DNA from: a virus | Taxonomy: Duplodnaviria; Caudoviricetes | Direction: 5' to 3' (one strand) | Length of the DNA stretch: 56,325 nucleotides | Virus record (IMG/VR): IMGVR_UViG_3300042868_007474 | Coordinates: 1 to 56,325 of that record | In this document: positions 10,149 to 19,907 of the stretch, in pieces | Numbering within the stretch: position 1 is the stretch's first letter | How the letters are laid out: each line of letters begins with the position of its first letter | Program-made: the position numbers and the translations under genes | The notes under the pieces: model-generated | What the model was told of the DNA's origin: nothing | Databases searched by the model: none | Seen by the model: the letters and a program-made list of their open reading frames with translations, nothing else

Positions 10149-10393
10149 CTGTCTACTTGTCGGTTATAGTTCGTGTAAAGTCCTCTAACTTGCTTCTTAT
10201 CAAGGAGTTCCAGAGCAAATTGTGCTTCGTGGAGGGTTTCTTTGGGGGATAGTGCAAACTGCTTAGATGCACTTGTAACCCCATCTCCATAAGACATAAT
10301 TGTTTTCCCCTCAAGAATCAAGGCAACAGCCTTATCTCGCATTGCCTCGATTGTGGCACGGGGAAGACCAACAAATAATCCGATTGCTGACAT
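10145..10393 (-). CDS. Putative head-to-tail adaptor (gpW-like)
   Basis: 82 aa immediately upstream of the portal; helix, GKTIMSY, helix. Confidence 0.55.
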   Translation of the reverse strand: MSAIGLFVGLPRATIEAMRDKAVALILEGKTIMSYGDGVTSASKQFALSPKETLHEAQFALELLDKKQVRGLYTNYNRQVDR

Positions 10394-10422
10394 AAGTGTT
10401 GGCTTATGTCAACAAAAGTTAT

Positions 10423-10593
10423 TTATGAGCGTTTCTCAAAGCGTTTCTTAACTTCGTCAATCAACTTATCGACACGGAGGCTTTCCTCTGGAGCGACATA
10501 CTTCTTGTGAATTTTGTCGGTTTTTGTGTCTTTTGGGTTGAAAAACGAGCCATCGTCTCGCTTTGATGTATCTTTATCTTTTTTATTAGTCAT
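10423..10593 (-). CDS. Small hypothetical protein
   Basis: 56 aa from the ATG at 10593 (MTNKKDKD), overlapping the previous stop. Confidence 0.5.
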   Translation of the reverse strand: MTNKKDKDTSKRDDGSFFNPKDTKTDKIHKKYVAPEESLRVDKLIDEVKKRFEKRS

Positions 10594-11404
10594 TATATAA
10601 TGTCTCGTATCCTTTGCTTGGAATAAACTTGTATTTAAGTCCTTGGCGACTTGCAAACTCTTTCATATAAGTGTGGTGAGCCTGTGCTTTTGCCGCTTGA
10701 TTTAATTTAAACTGAGGAAGTTTCTGGTTGATGCTTCTCCAAGCCGCTCTTGTTTTGGCTTGAAATACCATAGCATCAAAGTCTCTATATTTAGCGTTTG
10801 GTGGCATTTCTACCACATAAACACCCTCTCTTGCGGCAACAATCCATCTCCTCTCAGCCGAATAACGGCCAGCCAGAATGTCGCCCTTTGAAAAAGACTG
10901 CCCATAAGGTCTTTTATCCGTAGATGGATGGTTGTGAAGGGATGTTCCGCCGACAAGACCCCCCTTGGGTATCTTTGCACTGCAAGATTTTTCAGAACCT
11001 TGAGTCCAGCCCCAAAAGCGTCCATCCTTGTCCCATACAAAAAGAACTTCTTTATCCATATTTGCGTCCTTCATCCAACTAACAACCCGTGCTTCGTTAA
11101 ACTTAAATGATGGGTCGTCTTGCTGGCCTTTGCCTTTGCCGTCAACAAACTCAAGGGTTTTAAGTGCAATGAATGCATCCGTTGCTTCACCCCTGTTGAG
11201 GGTTTCCTTAATTTGCTCTGGAGTCATCATCATAACTAGCAGTCTTGCTTTTGCAACCTCTTCTGGGGAGAACTTAAGGCCAGTTCTATTCCCCATGTCC
11301 ATATATGTGTTCTCAAGCGATTGCTTTGCCATTTTCGCCAACTGACGCTCTGTTGGGACGAGTTCTCTTCGTCCGTCAGTCATTCTGTATGAGCGTCCTG
11401 CCAT
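10586..11404 (-). CDS. JAB/MPN-like (HNHP...S..D) domain protein
   Basis: EVLFVWD...LHNHPS...SFSKGD matches the JAB metal-binding signature seen in RadC and phage minor-head proteins. Confidence 0.6.
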   Translation of the reverse strand: MAGRSYRMTDGRRELVPTERQLAKMAKQSLENTYMDMGNRTGLKFSPEEVAKARLLVMMMTPEQIKETLNRGEATDAFIALKTLEFVDGKGKGQQDDPSFKFNEARVVSWMKDANMDKEVLFVWDKDGRFWGWTQGSEKSCSAKIPKGGLVGGTSLHNHPSTDKRPYGQSFSKGDILAGRYSAERRWIVAAREGVYVVEMPPNAKYRDFDAMVFQAKTRAAWRSINQKLPQFKLNQAAKAQAHHTYMKEFASRQGLKYKFIPSKGYETLYND

Positions 11405-11435
11405 TTTGTTGTTAGTTTGTCTACTGTAAAGTAAA

Positions 11436-11513
11436 TGGATGGCTGTTCAGAAGGTATGACCCAACCGTTTGGAGGTAACAGCCCTTTCGCAACTGTTCTT
11501 CTTCAGCCACCCA
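11436..11513 (-). ncRNA. Candidate small structured RNA or leader
   Basis: 10-bp terminal stem and internal hairpins starting just after the promoter TTGACT-16-TATTGT (11548-11521). Confidence 0.4.
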
Positions 11514-11556
11514 CAAACATACAATACACATTCCCGTGCCTTAGTCAAGCCCAATC

Positions 11557-13380
11557 TCACGATTGAGCCTCTGTCTTCTCTGGCTCTAAAACAGGCTCTT
11601 CCTTCGGCACTCCAAGGAGACCAAATGCGGCGGCGGGGACAAGTTGCATCACTTCACAGTCCCACAAGTGATTCGCCCGATTACCAATACGCTTCCACAT
11701 CGGCTTTCCATTGTTCTCCATGACTCTGGCCTCTGACTCCATCTGCTCGATATAGTCTTGACCACAGTCCGATGGGCAGGTATGCCTTCCCGTCTTCCTT
11801 AGACGGCTCAATTGGTCTTTCAATGCTAAGTTTGAAAAGTGGTGGACTCTAACTACCCCCGTTCCAGCATTAACAAGTCGGGCTGGGGCGTAAGTCTTAT
11901 TGATTGTTCTGAATCCGCCAGAGGTCTGAACCCTCCAAGGGAACTCAGAGCGAGCGTCACCTCTCAAGGCCGTAAACTTAAATATTCCACAGTTGCGGAT
12001 AACATCATCAAATTGGTCTCCGCAGTCAACATACACCAGAGCCTTCGCCACGCCGTTGGCGGTAGCATACTCGTCAACATCATTCCAAGTAGAAACAAAC
12101 TTCCATCTACGGAGGCGGCTCACGCCGCCCTCCGCCCATCCTCGGACAAGGCAATAGAATCCAGTTCTCTGCACATCGACAGTCATAAATCTAACTGGAA
12201 TCTGGTCTTTCAATTCTCTCTCGGAATGAATCTTCTTTGTCTGCGGGTTAATCAATGCCTCACCCTCCCATTCGTCTCCCTGCTTATAGTCGCCGATAGA
12301 CTGAAGTGTATCAAAGGCATCTGGGGCATCCGTCCAGAACTTGGCTAACTGTTTCTGGGTGAAAATCCGAATAGGCCCAGAGTCTCCATTCAAGTCCATT
12401 ATAAGTTTAGAGCGAATATAAGTCTCAGCCGCCGCTCCCCAAGAGCGGGCGGCAAGGCAGTTCCAAGTATACCCAGCATTGTATTCTGCGGCCTGTGGAT
12501 TTGTAACCGCATAGAACCCCCTGTTGTTCATTTCATCACGATTAGCCCTGCTGTCACGAAAGATGTGCTTACACCCCTCACATTCATAGGTGGTATTATT
12601 GCGTATTTTATTATAGTCGTATTCGCCCTCGTAAATCATCGCATCTTGAGGGAGGCGTATCTGCTCCCACTTCCACTCCTGCTTAAAATCACAATGCGGA
12701 CAGGCAAATGACCACACCCGCTTGTCAGTAGTATGCCACACCTCCTCGGTCTCATCGCCTTGAAATCCTCCCTGTGACATGAATATACGCTTGCCCAACC
12801 AGCCAAATGAGGTCACACGGGCTGTGCATTCCGCCAAGTGTCCCTTCGGATACAGCCAAGTTTCGTCAGCCACCAGCCATCTGATAGAACGGCGTTGCAG
12901 GTTCTTCTCATTGAACGCCCCAAGACACCAGAAGGTCATATCGTTCGTCTGGACTGTATCGCCCTTGGACTTCTCTTCTCCCTTGGGCAACTTTGACATG
13001 ACGGGTGGGCAGTTCTCCCACAGGATTCTAAGACGAGTTTTCATCCAGTCCGCCGCATTCCCGTCCGTATCATTCAGATATAAAGTCGGGGCTGGCTGTC
13101 TAGCCAGAATATAGCAACTTAGCATCTCAGCCGCCAGCGACTTACCCGATTGGATAGGTGCTATAACCTGCGTCAATCTCTTCTCTGGGTCGGCGAACGA
13201 CCTCAACGGCTCAATCAGCCACGGCGTTTCCTTGGCACGAAAGCCAGCGGGCATCGGAGAGAACGGAATAGACCTTATATTTTCTTCAAGCCAAGCAACA
13301 ATGTCGCCACCCTCGTCTGGCTTAAAAATCTTACGCAGTCTCGCCTCCACGCTGTCCGCCAACCTCATGTCGGTCTTCAT
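11557..13380 (-). CDS. terL: Terminase large subunit, lambda GpA family
   Basis: APIQSGKS Walker A, LVADE Walker B, CPHC/CEGC Zn motif, TVDVQ nuclease and NHLWDCE. Confidence 0.95.
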   Translation of the reverse strand: MKTDMRLADSVEARLRKIFKPDEGGDIVAWLEENIRSIPFSPMPAGFRAKETPWLIEPLRSFADPEKRLTQVIAPIQSGKSLAAEMLSCYILARQPAPTLYLNDTDGNAADWMKTRLRILWENCPPVMSKLPKGEEKSKGDTVQTNDMTFWCLGAFNEKNLQRRSIRWLVADETWLYPKGHLAECTARVTSFGWLGKRIFMSQGGFQGDETEEVWHTTDKRVWSFACPHCDFKQEWKWEQIRLPQDAMIYEGEYDYNKIRNNTTYECEGCKHIFRDSRANRDEMNNRGFYAVTNPQAAEYNAGYTWNCLAARSWGAAAETYIRSKLIMDLNGDSGPIRIFTQKQLAKFWTDAPDAFDTLQSIGDYKQGDEWEGEALINPQTKKIHSERELKDQIPVRFMTVDVQRTGFYCLVRGWAEGGVSRLRRWKFVSTWNDVDEYATANGVAKALVYVDCGDQFDDVIRNCGIFKFTALRGDARSEFPWRVQTSGGFRTINKTYAPARLVNAGTGVVRVHHFSNLALKDQLSRLRKTGRHTCPSDCGQDYIEQMESEARVMENNGKPMWKRIGNRANHLWDCEVMQLVPAAAFGLLGVPKEEPVLEPEKTEAQS

Positions 13381-13610
13381 CAGTATCCGAGTCTCTTTGC
13401 TGTAACTATTTCCTCTGCCGACTCAATGATTCGCAGACCCTCTTCAAGCCCATCAATAGATACATAAGACTTAAACCCAAGCGATTCAGTATCTACTTCT
13501 TGTATTAAAGTAATTGAACTGTGCTTGACCCAAGTCACAATCGTCTTATCTTCAGTCGGGCCATCCTCAGACTTCGGAACAAAAATGTGTAGTTTTATAT
13601 ATTCAGCCAT
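13380..13610 (-). CDS. Small hypothetical protein
   Basis: 76 aa from MAEYIK, coupled to the neighbouring genes. Confidence 0.55.
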   Translation of the reverse strand: MAEYIKLHIFVPKSEDGPTEDKTIVTWVKHSSITLIQEVDTESLGFKSYVSIDGLEEGLRIIESAEEIVTAKRLGY

Positions 13611-14370
13611 TGTCGGAAATTGGTTTATCTTCTTCGTCATAAGAGACCTCATCGAGGTCAATCCCATCTTCGCCACCCAAGCCCATGTCCTTGTCCACAG
13701 ACTCTCCCTCTGGCATCTCAACGGGAGGGAGTGGCTTTGCCACTCCGCCCGTAAACTCTACCTGCGGTGCATACTCGGAAATCTTTCTGAACAGGTCGTC
13801 ACGGAAGTCCCGAAACGCTTTCAAAGCCTTCGGGGGATTATCTGGGTTTGCCTGTGGTGCTACCGTCAACTCCGCTCGCTCTATCAATGACCTCAACTGA
13901 CCAAGTATCTTCCCAAACCGTTGCGTTGCTTCATCAGCGTCAACTAATCGCCCTCGCTCTTGCAAACGAATATGCCTCTCTCTCTCAAGACGGAGAAGCG
14001 TGGCTATCGCTCGGTCATAGTTCCCATACAACTTGCTTTGACTCGGGTCTCCAGCCGCAACCGCTTGCTCAAAGGTCTCCCGAGTCATCTCAACCAACGC
14101 AATCTGCTGATTAATTCTCCCGTCCATCTCGTCATCCCCAGTAGAGCCTCCAGCACTCACCGCATTCAAAATCTCATCCAACTTATCTAAACTTAACGGC
14201 TGGACGGGTATCGCAATATGTCCTTCCCTCTGATTATCCGTCCTCCGTCTATCCCTCCATGCCTTCGCCGCTTCTGGACTGTCAACGGGCATCCCCTGTG
14301 CCACTAACTGAGTCACTCTAACACGACTCACCCCCAAATGTCCAGCCAATTCTTCGTGTGTTAATGCCAT
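13603..14370 (-). CDS. terS: Terminase small subunit (Nu1-like)
   Basis: N-terminal HTH (THEELAGHLGVSRVRVTQLVAQGMP), coiled coil and RGRLVD; upstream of terL. Confidence 0.8.
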   Translation of the reverse strand: MALTHEELAGHLGVSRVRVTQLVAQGMPVDSPEAAKAWRDRRRTDNQREGHIAIPVQPLSLDKLDEILNAVSAGGSTGDDEMDGRINQQIALVEMTRETFEQAVAAGDPSQSKLYGNYDRAIATLLRLERERHIRLQERGRLVDADEATQRFGKILGQLRSLIERAELTVAPQANPDNPPKALKAFRDFRDDLFRKISEYAPQVEFTGGVAKPLPPVEMPEGESVDKDMGLGGEDGIDLDEVSYDEEDKPISDNG

Positions 14371-14399
14371 TTTTGGTTATAAGTGCTTCTAAAAATCAC

Positions 14400-14681
14400 T
14401 TACCAAGTTTTTGGCAGGGGCGTATACATATAACCCAGCGGGCGGAAGTCTGAAGTAATAGATTCCTTAGACGGGGGGTGGGGGGTGGGGGTGGGGGTGG
14501 TATGGGGGTGTGGGGTGTGCTGTGCTATGGTGTGTTCAAGGCCGTCAGCATTGGTTGTGACGGGCTTTGTTGCATCATCCGAGCCGAGCATGGTGAACGA
14601 CCCATCAAGCGTGTTGTAGACGGCGTGGACGGGTGTTGGAGTATTGTTATCCCAATATAGAATTGTGTAAGAGATATTCAT
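14400..14681 (-). CDS. Hypothetical protein (uncertain)
   Basis: 93 aa ORF whose C-terminal half runs through the G-tract. Confidence 0.35.
   Translation of the reverse strand: MNISYTILYWDNNTPTPVHAVYNTLDGSFTMLGSDDATKPVTTNADGLEHTIAQHTPHPHTTPTPTPHPPSKESITSDFRPLGYMYTPLPKTW
14473..14516 (+). repeat. G-run repeat with G-quadruplex potential
   Basis: GGGGGG-T-GGGGGG-T-GGGGG-T-GGGGG-TGGTAT-GGGGG-TGT-GGGG. Confidence 0.75.
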
Positions 14682-14723
14682 TACAATGTAATGTTGTTTG
14701 TAAGTGGTTGCGTATGGTGTTTG

Positions 14724-15359
14724 TTATGATGGGTCGGTGTCGTCCTGTGGGGTGGGGGCGGTAGCCCCCCCCTCATCATCATCACCCTTGTTTGCTTTCT
14801 TCCACGCTTTGGCGTATGCTTTACACGCTTCTTCACTACGCATATACTGTGAGGGGGAGAGGTTAAACAGTTGCTGTATACGCTTAACCTTCTTGGATAC
14901 GAACTGTCTGCTACATCCCTTGATGCGTGATAGTTCTGTCTCTGTGGGTGGGTCGCCCATACCGAACGCTATAAGGATACAGCGTGATTGGAATAGCACC
15001 TCTGGGGACTCTGATAGTTGCATAGCCATTACTACACGGCGTATGATGTTCTCTACCTCATCTTGGTCATACAAGCGTTTGGGTAGTGCCTCTGGGTCGT
15101 CAAAAGCGTTGTTTTCCTTGAAGCCGAAAGCCGAGTGATTTGGCTGAACTTCGAAGATGTAGTTTGAGTCAATTATGCCCAAGGGGTGCATTGGTTCGGG
15201 TAGTCCAACACGCTGTTCCTTGGGGAGGGTCTTATACCAAGCATTATAAACATCGTCCCCCGTTTCGCCGTATGCAGATTTCTCGGTTTTAGAAAAATCT
15301 GTTTTCGCTATCTTTTTGGCCTTGTGACTCTTGTGGGAGTCTCTGGGGTTGTTTTTCAT
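14724..15359 (-). CDS. HTH / sigma-region-4-like DNA-binding protein
   Basis: TETELSRIKGCSRQFVSKKVKRI resembles an HTH; start at 15359 (ATG) or 15386. Confidence 0.55.
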   Translation of the reverse strand: MKNNPRDSHKSHKAKKIAKTDFSKTEKSAYGETGDDVYNAWYKTLPKEQRVGLPEPMHPLGIIDSNYIFEVQPNHSAFGFKENNAFDDPEALPKRLYDQDEVENIIRRVVMAMQLSESPEVLFQSRCILIAFGMGDPPTETELSRIKGCSRQFVSKKVKRIQQLFNLSPSQYMRSEEACKAYAKAWKKANKGDDDEGGATAPTPQDDTDPS

Positions 15360-15539
15360 ATGGTGCTTGACGGCTTGTCTACGCAAGCATATATATTATA
15401 TTAAGAATCGTGAAGTCAAGCGTTTAAGAAGAAAACCCTGCGGGTTTCCTCGACTTGAGTTGGTTTATTCAAAATATTTGGAAAACAATGAAAAGTTGTG
15501 TTCAAACGAGATTAACAATCAAGACCTAGAGCAATGTAT

Positions 15540-17573
15540 TTATTGTCTCCATTTAATGCCCTGCCAAGCCTGTCGGCGATTGTCCCAGACAATAATTGGG
15601 TTTGTGGTTGAGAGACGAATGAGGTGGGCGATAACATCCACGGCTGTTGGCATCCCGATACGCATCCGTTCCATCACAATAGCCACAAGGGGGCTTTGGA
15701 GCGGGTCGGACAGGTGTTGGGTCGGCTCAATGTCTATGACCTTCTGGAGGTCAGCCAGAGAGAAGTTAGCCATCGTGTTCTCATCGTTCACCTCCCAGAG
15801 AATACGACCCTCGGCGTGGCGGAGGTTCATAATGACTGTGGACTTTCCGTCCTTGTCCTTGAGTCCAGCCCGCTTGCCTCGCTTGGTGAGGACGAGTTCG
15901 AAGAAGGGCTTCATCTTGTCAGTTCGGCGAAGCACGGCGACCTCACGACTCCAATTTACAAGTTCGGAAGAACCGAGCCCGCTATATGCGAGGTCTGAGA
16001 TGGAGGCCGCTGATGCGTCCTCCTTGGCCTTGGGCTTGCCCGTGTGGTGAAGCCAAATCCAGACGACCTTGGTCTCTTGGAGGACGGGCTGTATCCAATT
16101 GCGGAGGAAGCGGGAAGAGTATTCTTGGCTAGACACATCCCCGCCAGCGAAGGAGAGGAGGGGGTCGGCGAAGAAGAAGTCGGCGTTATTGTGAACGATT
16201 AGTTTACGGGCTTGCTTCACAAACGCTTCCCCAACCTTTACTGTCTCACGATAGAACTTTATATTAGAACGCAGGAGAGTCTTCTCCTCGTCCGTAAGGG
16301 ACATTGAGCCCGTGATGCCCTTGAACGCCTCTGCGAGGTCTCCCGTGTCGTTCTCCGCTTGCATCACGATACACTTGTAAGGGCGATTAACCTCAATGCC
16401 GAAGAAGGGGCGACCGATAGCCAGCATCACCGCCATTTGCATCAAGAAGGATGACTTGCCAATGCCCGACTGACCGATGATGGACAGCGACCCGCCTTGG
16501 CACAGCCAGCGATTGCCGAGGACTGTGGTCGGGTCGTTTTCGGTGTCATAGTTCTCCAAGTCATCTACTGTAATTTCATCGGGGACTTCGCTGGACTCCA
16601 AATATGAAACCCAATTGTCCCAAGAGTCAGCACCGACATTGAGTGCAACAATACGCTGTTCCTTCTCGCCACGATACACGCCACCAAGGCGTGACCAGCG
16701 AGACGGATTTTTTGTCATCTCGTCTGGCTCGTAGTCGGAGAGGTAGTCGAACACCGCCTGTCGGCGGAGTCGCCATTCGTTTGAGTCCTTGGCATCTACA
16801 CGCACCCAAGCGTGGAGGCTCTTGCCTCCGCTGTCGATGATAGCACCGATGGGCAGATTGGACTGCTTGAAAATCGCAAACTGTTCTTCCTTGGGTCGGG
16901 TGTCGAACTCAACAAGGACATAGCGATGAATTGCAACCGAGTCGTCTCGGCCAGAATAGTCTCCTTCAAGGATTGGATTGATACGAACATAAGCACCTTG
17001 AGGCTTGTTTCGATATAATTCGTTGTCTGTAGGATTAGTTCCAAAGTAGCGGTCAATCCACCATTGGACTGTCTGGAATGTCCCTTTGCTCGCAGGAAAC
17101 CACCGCCCGTCCTCATCCTGCCCTGCTTCGTTCGTGATACAGATGACTTCCTCTGGCTTGAAACAGTTCAGCAGGAGGTCTTTGGTCGTAAACGCCTCCG
17201 TCTCTGGCACGGAGCGAGCGTTAGCGAGGTTGACCTTAAACTTGCCCGATTGCGTGACTGTCTGGCTAGACGGGAGCATCTTGCGAGGCTCAAGGTTGGC
17301 ATTGTCGTCAAGCATCCAGCCACGGGGCTTTGAATGAGGAGTGTTGTATGCGTCCTTAATCTTATGCTTCAACTCCCTCTCGTTCCACGGAGGGCTACAC
17401 TTAAGATTATATGCCGTCATCAACGCCGTGGTCTCAACCTCTGCGAGATTGAAGCCGTGGGCTAACGCCACGGCGAGGGCGAAGGTCTGTGAATGACCGC
17501 CCGAACCAGCGACAGCGGGGGGCATAGCGGAAGCATATCTGCTTGCCCGCTCGTAAGGGGAGAGTGGTGGCAT
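15540..17573 (-). CDS. Primase-helicase (PriCT-like N-terminus, primase core, RepA/AAA_25 helicase)
   Basis: PPWNERELKHKI; LVEFD...DSGGKSLHAW; GQSGIGKSS Walker A; ADPL; HHTGK. Confidence 0.9.
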   Translation of the reverse strand: MPPLSPYERASRYASAMPPAVAGSGGHSQTFALAVALAHGFNLAEVETTALMTAYNLKCSPPWNERELKHKIKDAYNTPHSKPRGWMLDDNANLEPRKMLPSSQTVTQSGKFKVNLANARSVPETEAFTTKDLLLNCFKPEEVICITNEAGQDEDGRWFPASKGTFQTVQWWIDRYFGTNPTDNELYRNKPQGAYVRINPILEGDYSGRDDSVAIHRYVLVEFDTRPKEEQFAIFKQSNLPIGAIIDSGGKSLHAWVRVDAKDSNEWRLRRQAVFDYLSDYEPDEMTKNPSRWSRLGGVYRGEKEQRIVALNVGADSWDNWVSYLESSEVPDEITVDDLENYDTENDPTTVLGNRWLCQGGSLSIIGQSGIGKSSFLMQMAVMLAIGRPFFGIEVNRPYKCIVMQAENDTGDLAEAFKGITGSMSLTDEEKTLLRSNIKFYRETVKVGEAFVKQARKLIVHNNADFFFADPLLSFAGGDVSSQEYSSRFLRNWIQPVLQETKVVWIWLHHTGKPKAKEDASAASISDLAYSGLGSSELVNWSREVAVLRRTDKMKPFFELVLTKRGKRAGLKDKDGKSTVIMNLRHAEGRILWEVNDENTMANFSLADLQKVIDIEPTQHLSDPLQSPLVAIVMERMRIGMPTAVDVIAHLIRLSTTNPIIVWDNRRQAWQGIKWRQ

Positions 17574-17614
17574 TTTTGTGGTGTCAGTCTACTATGCAGA
17601 CCAACGCCCCATTG

Positions 17615-18115
17615 TCAAGATGAAAACAGGTCTCGCTTGTCGTCCTGCTTCTTCTTCTCGTTCTCGGCACGAACCTCAAGGGCATAGATGGATGCGTTGC
17701 ACAGAGCCGTATTAAAGCGTTCTCTGGAGCGTCTCCAAGCACAGCGGACAAACTCCTTCGGGATGCGTCTCTCGATGCACCAGAAAGCGATTGTGTCCGA
17801 ACGCTCACGATAAAACAATGAGTCGTCAATGTCTGTCTTGTTCGCCCACTTGTAAGTTGCGTCAAAGAAATCAATCGCTCCGCTTGTGTTGTTTTCGATA
17901 GCCATCAGCACTTGCACGATGGTCTCGTTATAGACGGCGGAAATCTTGGCTTGGTATAAGTCCCCCGTGGACTTCTCCTGCCCCTTGACGATTGTAGCCT
18001 CGTCTGTCTCTGACTCTATGATGTTCCAGCCGAGCGGGTTCTTCTCCTGCTCGATTGGGTCAAGTTCGTGATACTGCACGGGAGGGGTCGCCTCGGCCTC
18101 AAAAGGGACGGTCAT
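17615..18115 (-). CDS. Hypothetical protein
   Basis: 166 aa from MTVPFEAE. Confidence 0.6.
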   Translation of the reverse strand: MTVPFEAEATPPVQYHELDPIEQEKNPLGWNIIESETDEATIVKGQEKSTGDLYQAKISAVYNETIVQVLMAIENNTSGAIDFFDATYKWANKTDIDDSLFYRERSDTIAFWCIERRIPKEFVRCAWRRSRERFNTALCNASIYALEVRAENEKKKQDDKRDLFSS

Positions 18116-18476
18116 CCTGCTCGGATGACTCCTTTCTGTTCTGCCATGTCTTTGGCTTACCGAAACCAGATGCGGGCGGAACGCCCGCACCCTTACGAGC
18201 CTTCCACTCTTGGTAGTCAGCCTCCTTGATTGCTTCGGCGGTGCTAGTGTCGTCCGCTCCGTTGTAAGTCAGTTGCTCGGGAGACACCCAAATCTTTTCG
18301 CCTGTCTGATGCTCGCCATTGTATTCGACTGTGATGGCTTTCACGCCAAACTTGGTTTGGACACCCGCCTTGACCACAAGGACAGTCTTGCCAGCAAACT
18401 TGCCGTTCTTGACTGTGCAGATGTTGGAGAAGGCAAGGTCGTGTAGTGACTCGTTATCGTTTTCGTGTTCGCTCAT
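18099..18476 (-). CDS. Hypothetical protein with SSB-like acidic tail
   Basis: Starts MSEHEND and ends DDRPF; promoter TTGACA...CATATT at ~18496-18523. Confidence 0.6.
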   Translation of the reverse strand: MSEHENDNESLHDLAFSNICTVKNGKFAGKTVLVVKAGVQTKFGVKAITVEYNGEHQTGEKIWVSPEQLTYNGADDTSTAEAIKEADYQEWKARKGAGVPPASGFGKPKTWQNRKESSEQDDRPF

Positions 18477-18978
18477 ATTGGTTTGTGCATTGGTGAATAT
18501 GCATGGTTTCTGTCGATTGTCAAGCAGAACAATCACCCCGACTATTGATTGTCCGAAGGGGTCATTTCCTAGGCCGTGCGGCCACGCTCCGCTCGGGTCG
18601 TCAAATCGGGGCATTTTGTGGCGTTTTTCGAGCCCTCTGGAAATCGGTTCTGCGGGGGGCTTCTCTGAGCCTGTGGTTAAGCAAGCCCAAGGGCTTGCGA
18701 GGTCGTGGCGGGCATTCTAGAGGCCATTCTGGAGGTGCGTGTTTAATGCTCGGCAGTCCAAAAATTTATATGATTGAACGCTCATAAAAATCATATCCGT
18801 CATAAAGCCCTCGTTAAATGATTTGTAAAAAAATCGTAAAACTCCGCCACTTGGCACACTTCCGAGCAAATGCAGACCCGTGCCAAGTCCGAGTTTTTAC
18901 AATTCTTTGACGAAAATAAATCTGCATCTAAACTCAGATTTATCTCGTCTCGGAGCGGGGAAAGTCTACCTTCCTCAT

Positions 18979-19104
18979 ATGACCGCAACGCTCCTCGCCC
19001 TCGCCCTCGCTTACGCCCTCGCCCTCGTTTGGCTTCACCGCAAACTCCGCACCACTCCCGCCCTTACGGGTCTCCTCTCCGAAATCCGTGCCGAGAACCG
19101 CTAA
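18979..19104 (+). CDS. Small membrane peptide
   Basis: 41 aa with hydrophobic N-terminus MTATLLALALAYALALVW. Confidence 0.55.
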   Translation: MTATLLALALAYALALVWLHRKLRTTPALTGLLSEIRAENR

Positions 19105-19141
19105 CACTTTCCCAACCCAAACCCAACCCAACCCAACGCAT

Positions 19142-19324
19142 ATGTCCCCCGCCCTCCTCGCCTCCCTCGCCAACCTCGCCAACCTTGAGGCAAAGCACCC
19201 CAAGGTCGCCCTCGCCGTCCGAGTGGAAAACTCCCACCTCGCCCCCCGTGCCAACGCCTCCGAGGAGGTCGTCAAGGCTTGGGTCAAGTTCCTCACCCTC
19301 GAAATCCGCAACCTCGCCCGCTAA
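19142..19324 (+). CDS. Array protein, paralog of 23892..24074
   Basis: LEAKHPKVALAVRVENSHLAPRANA versus LAEKHPKEATAIRLRNHLLAPKANA. Confidence 0.75.
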   Translation: MSPALLASLANLANLEAKHPKVALAVRVENSHLAPRANASEEVVKAWVKFLTLEIRNLAR

Positions 19325-19380
19325 ACCGACCGCCCCCGCAAGGGGGCGACCCTCCCACCCTCCAAACCGACCTTTCCAAA

Positions 19381-19629
19381 ATGACCGCCTCCCAAATCAT
19401 CCCCGCTTGGACTTTCCTCGCCGACCTCTCGGACGGCGACACCCTCACCCTCCGAGGCGTTGCCGTCACCCTCTCCCCTGCGACCCGCCTCCCGCTCGCC
19501 CTCGCCCTCGCCCGCAACCTCGGACTCCGCAAGGGTGCGGTCGTCACCCGAGCCCTCCGCTCGGACGGCGACATGACCCGCTCCGCCCTCCGCACCGACC
19601 CGAGCAAGGTCAAGTTCAAGGGCGAGTGA
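19381..19629 (+). CDS. Array hypothetical protein
   Basis: 82 aa, C-ending codons. Confidence 0.65.
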   Translation: MTASQIIPAWTFLADLSDGDTLTLRGVAVTLSPATRLPLALALARNLGLRKGAVVTRALRSDGDMTRSALRTDPSKVKFKGE

Positions 19630-19907
19630 GCCCGAGCGGGCGACCGAGCGAGCCGAGGCGACCGACCTCGGCCTTCGGCTCTCCGCACCTAGCAAGCGGA
19701 GCGAGCCCCGTGCATAGGACTGTGCGTGGTGAACGCCCGTTCACGCCCACCCCCGCCGACCCGACCCGAGGCGAGGGCGTAGCCCGAGCCCGACCCGTGA
19801 CCCCGAAAAACCGACCCCCTGTTTTTCCAGACCACTCCCAGCCGACCCCCTGCATAGGATTGCAGGACGGTGAACGCCTGTTCACTACGCTCCTCCCGCT
19901 CGGACGG

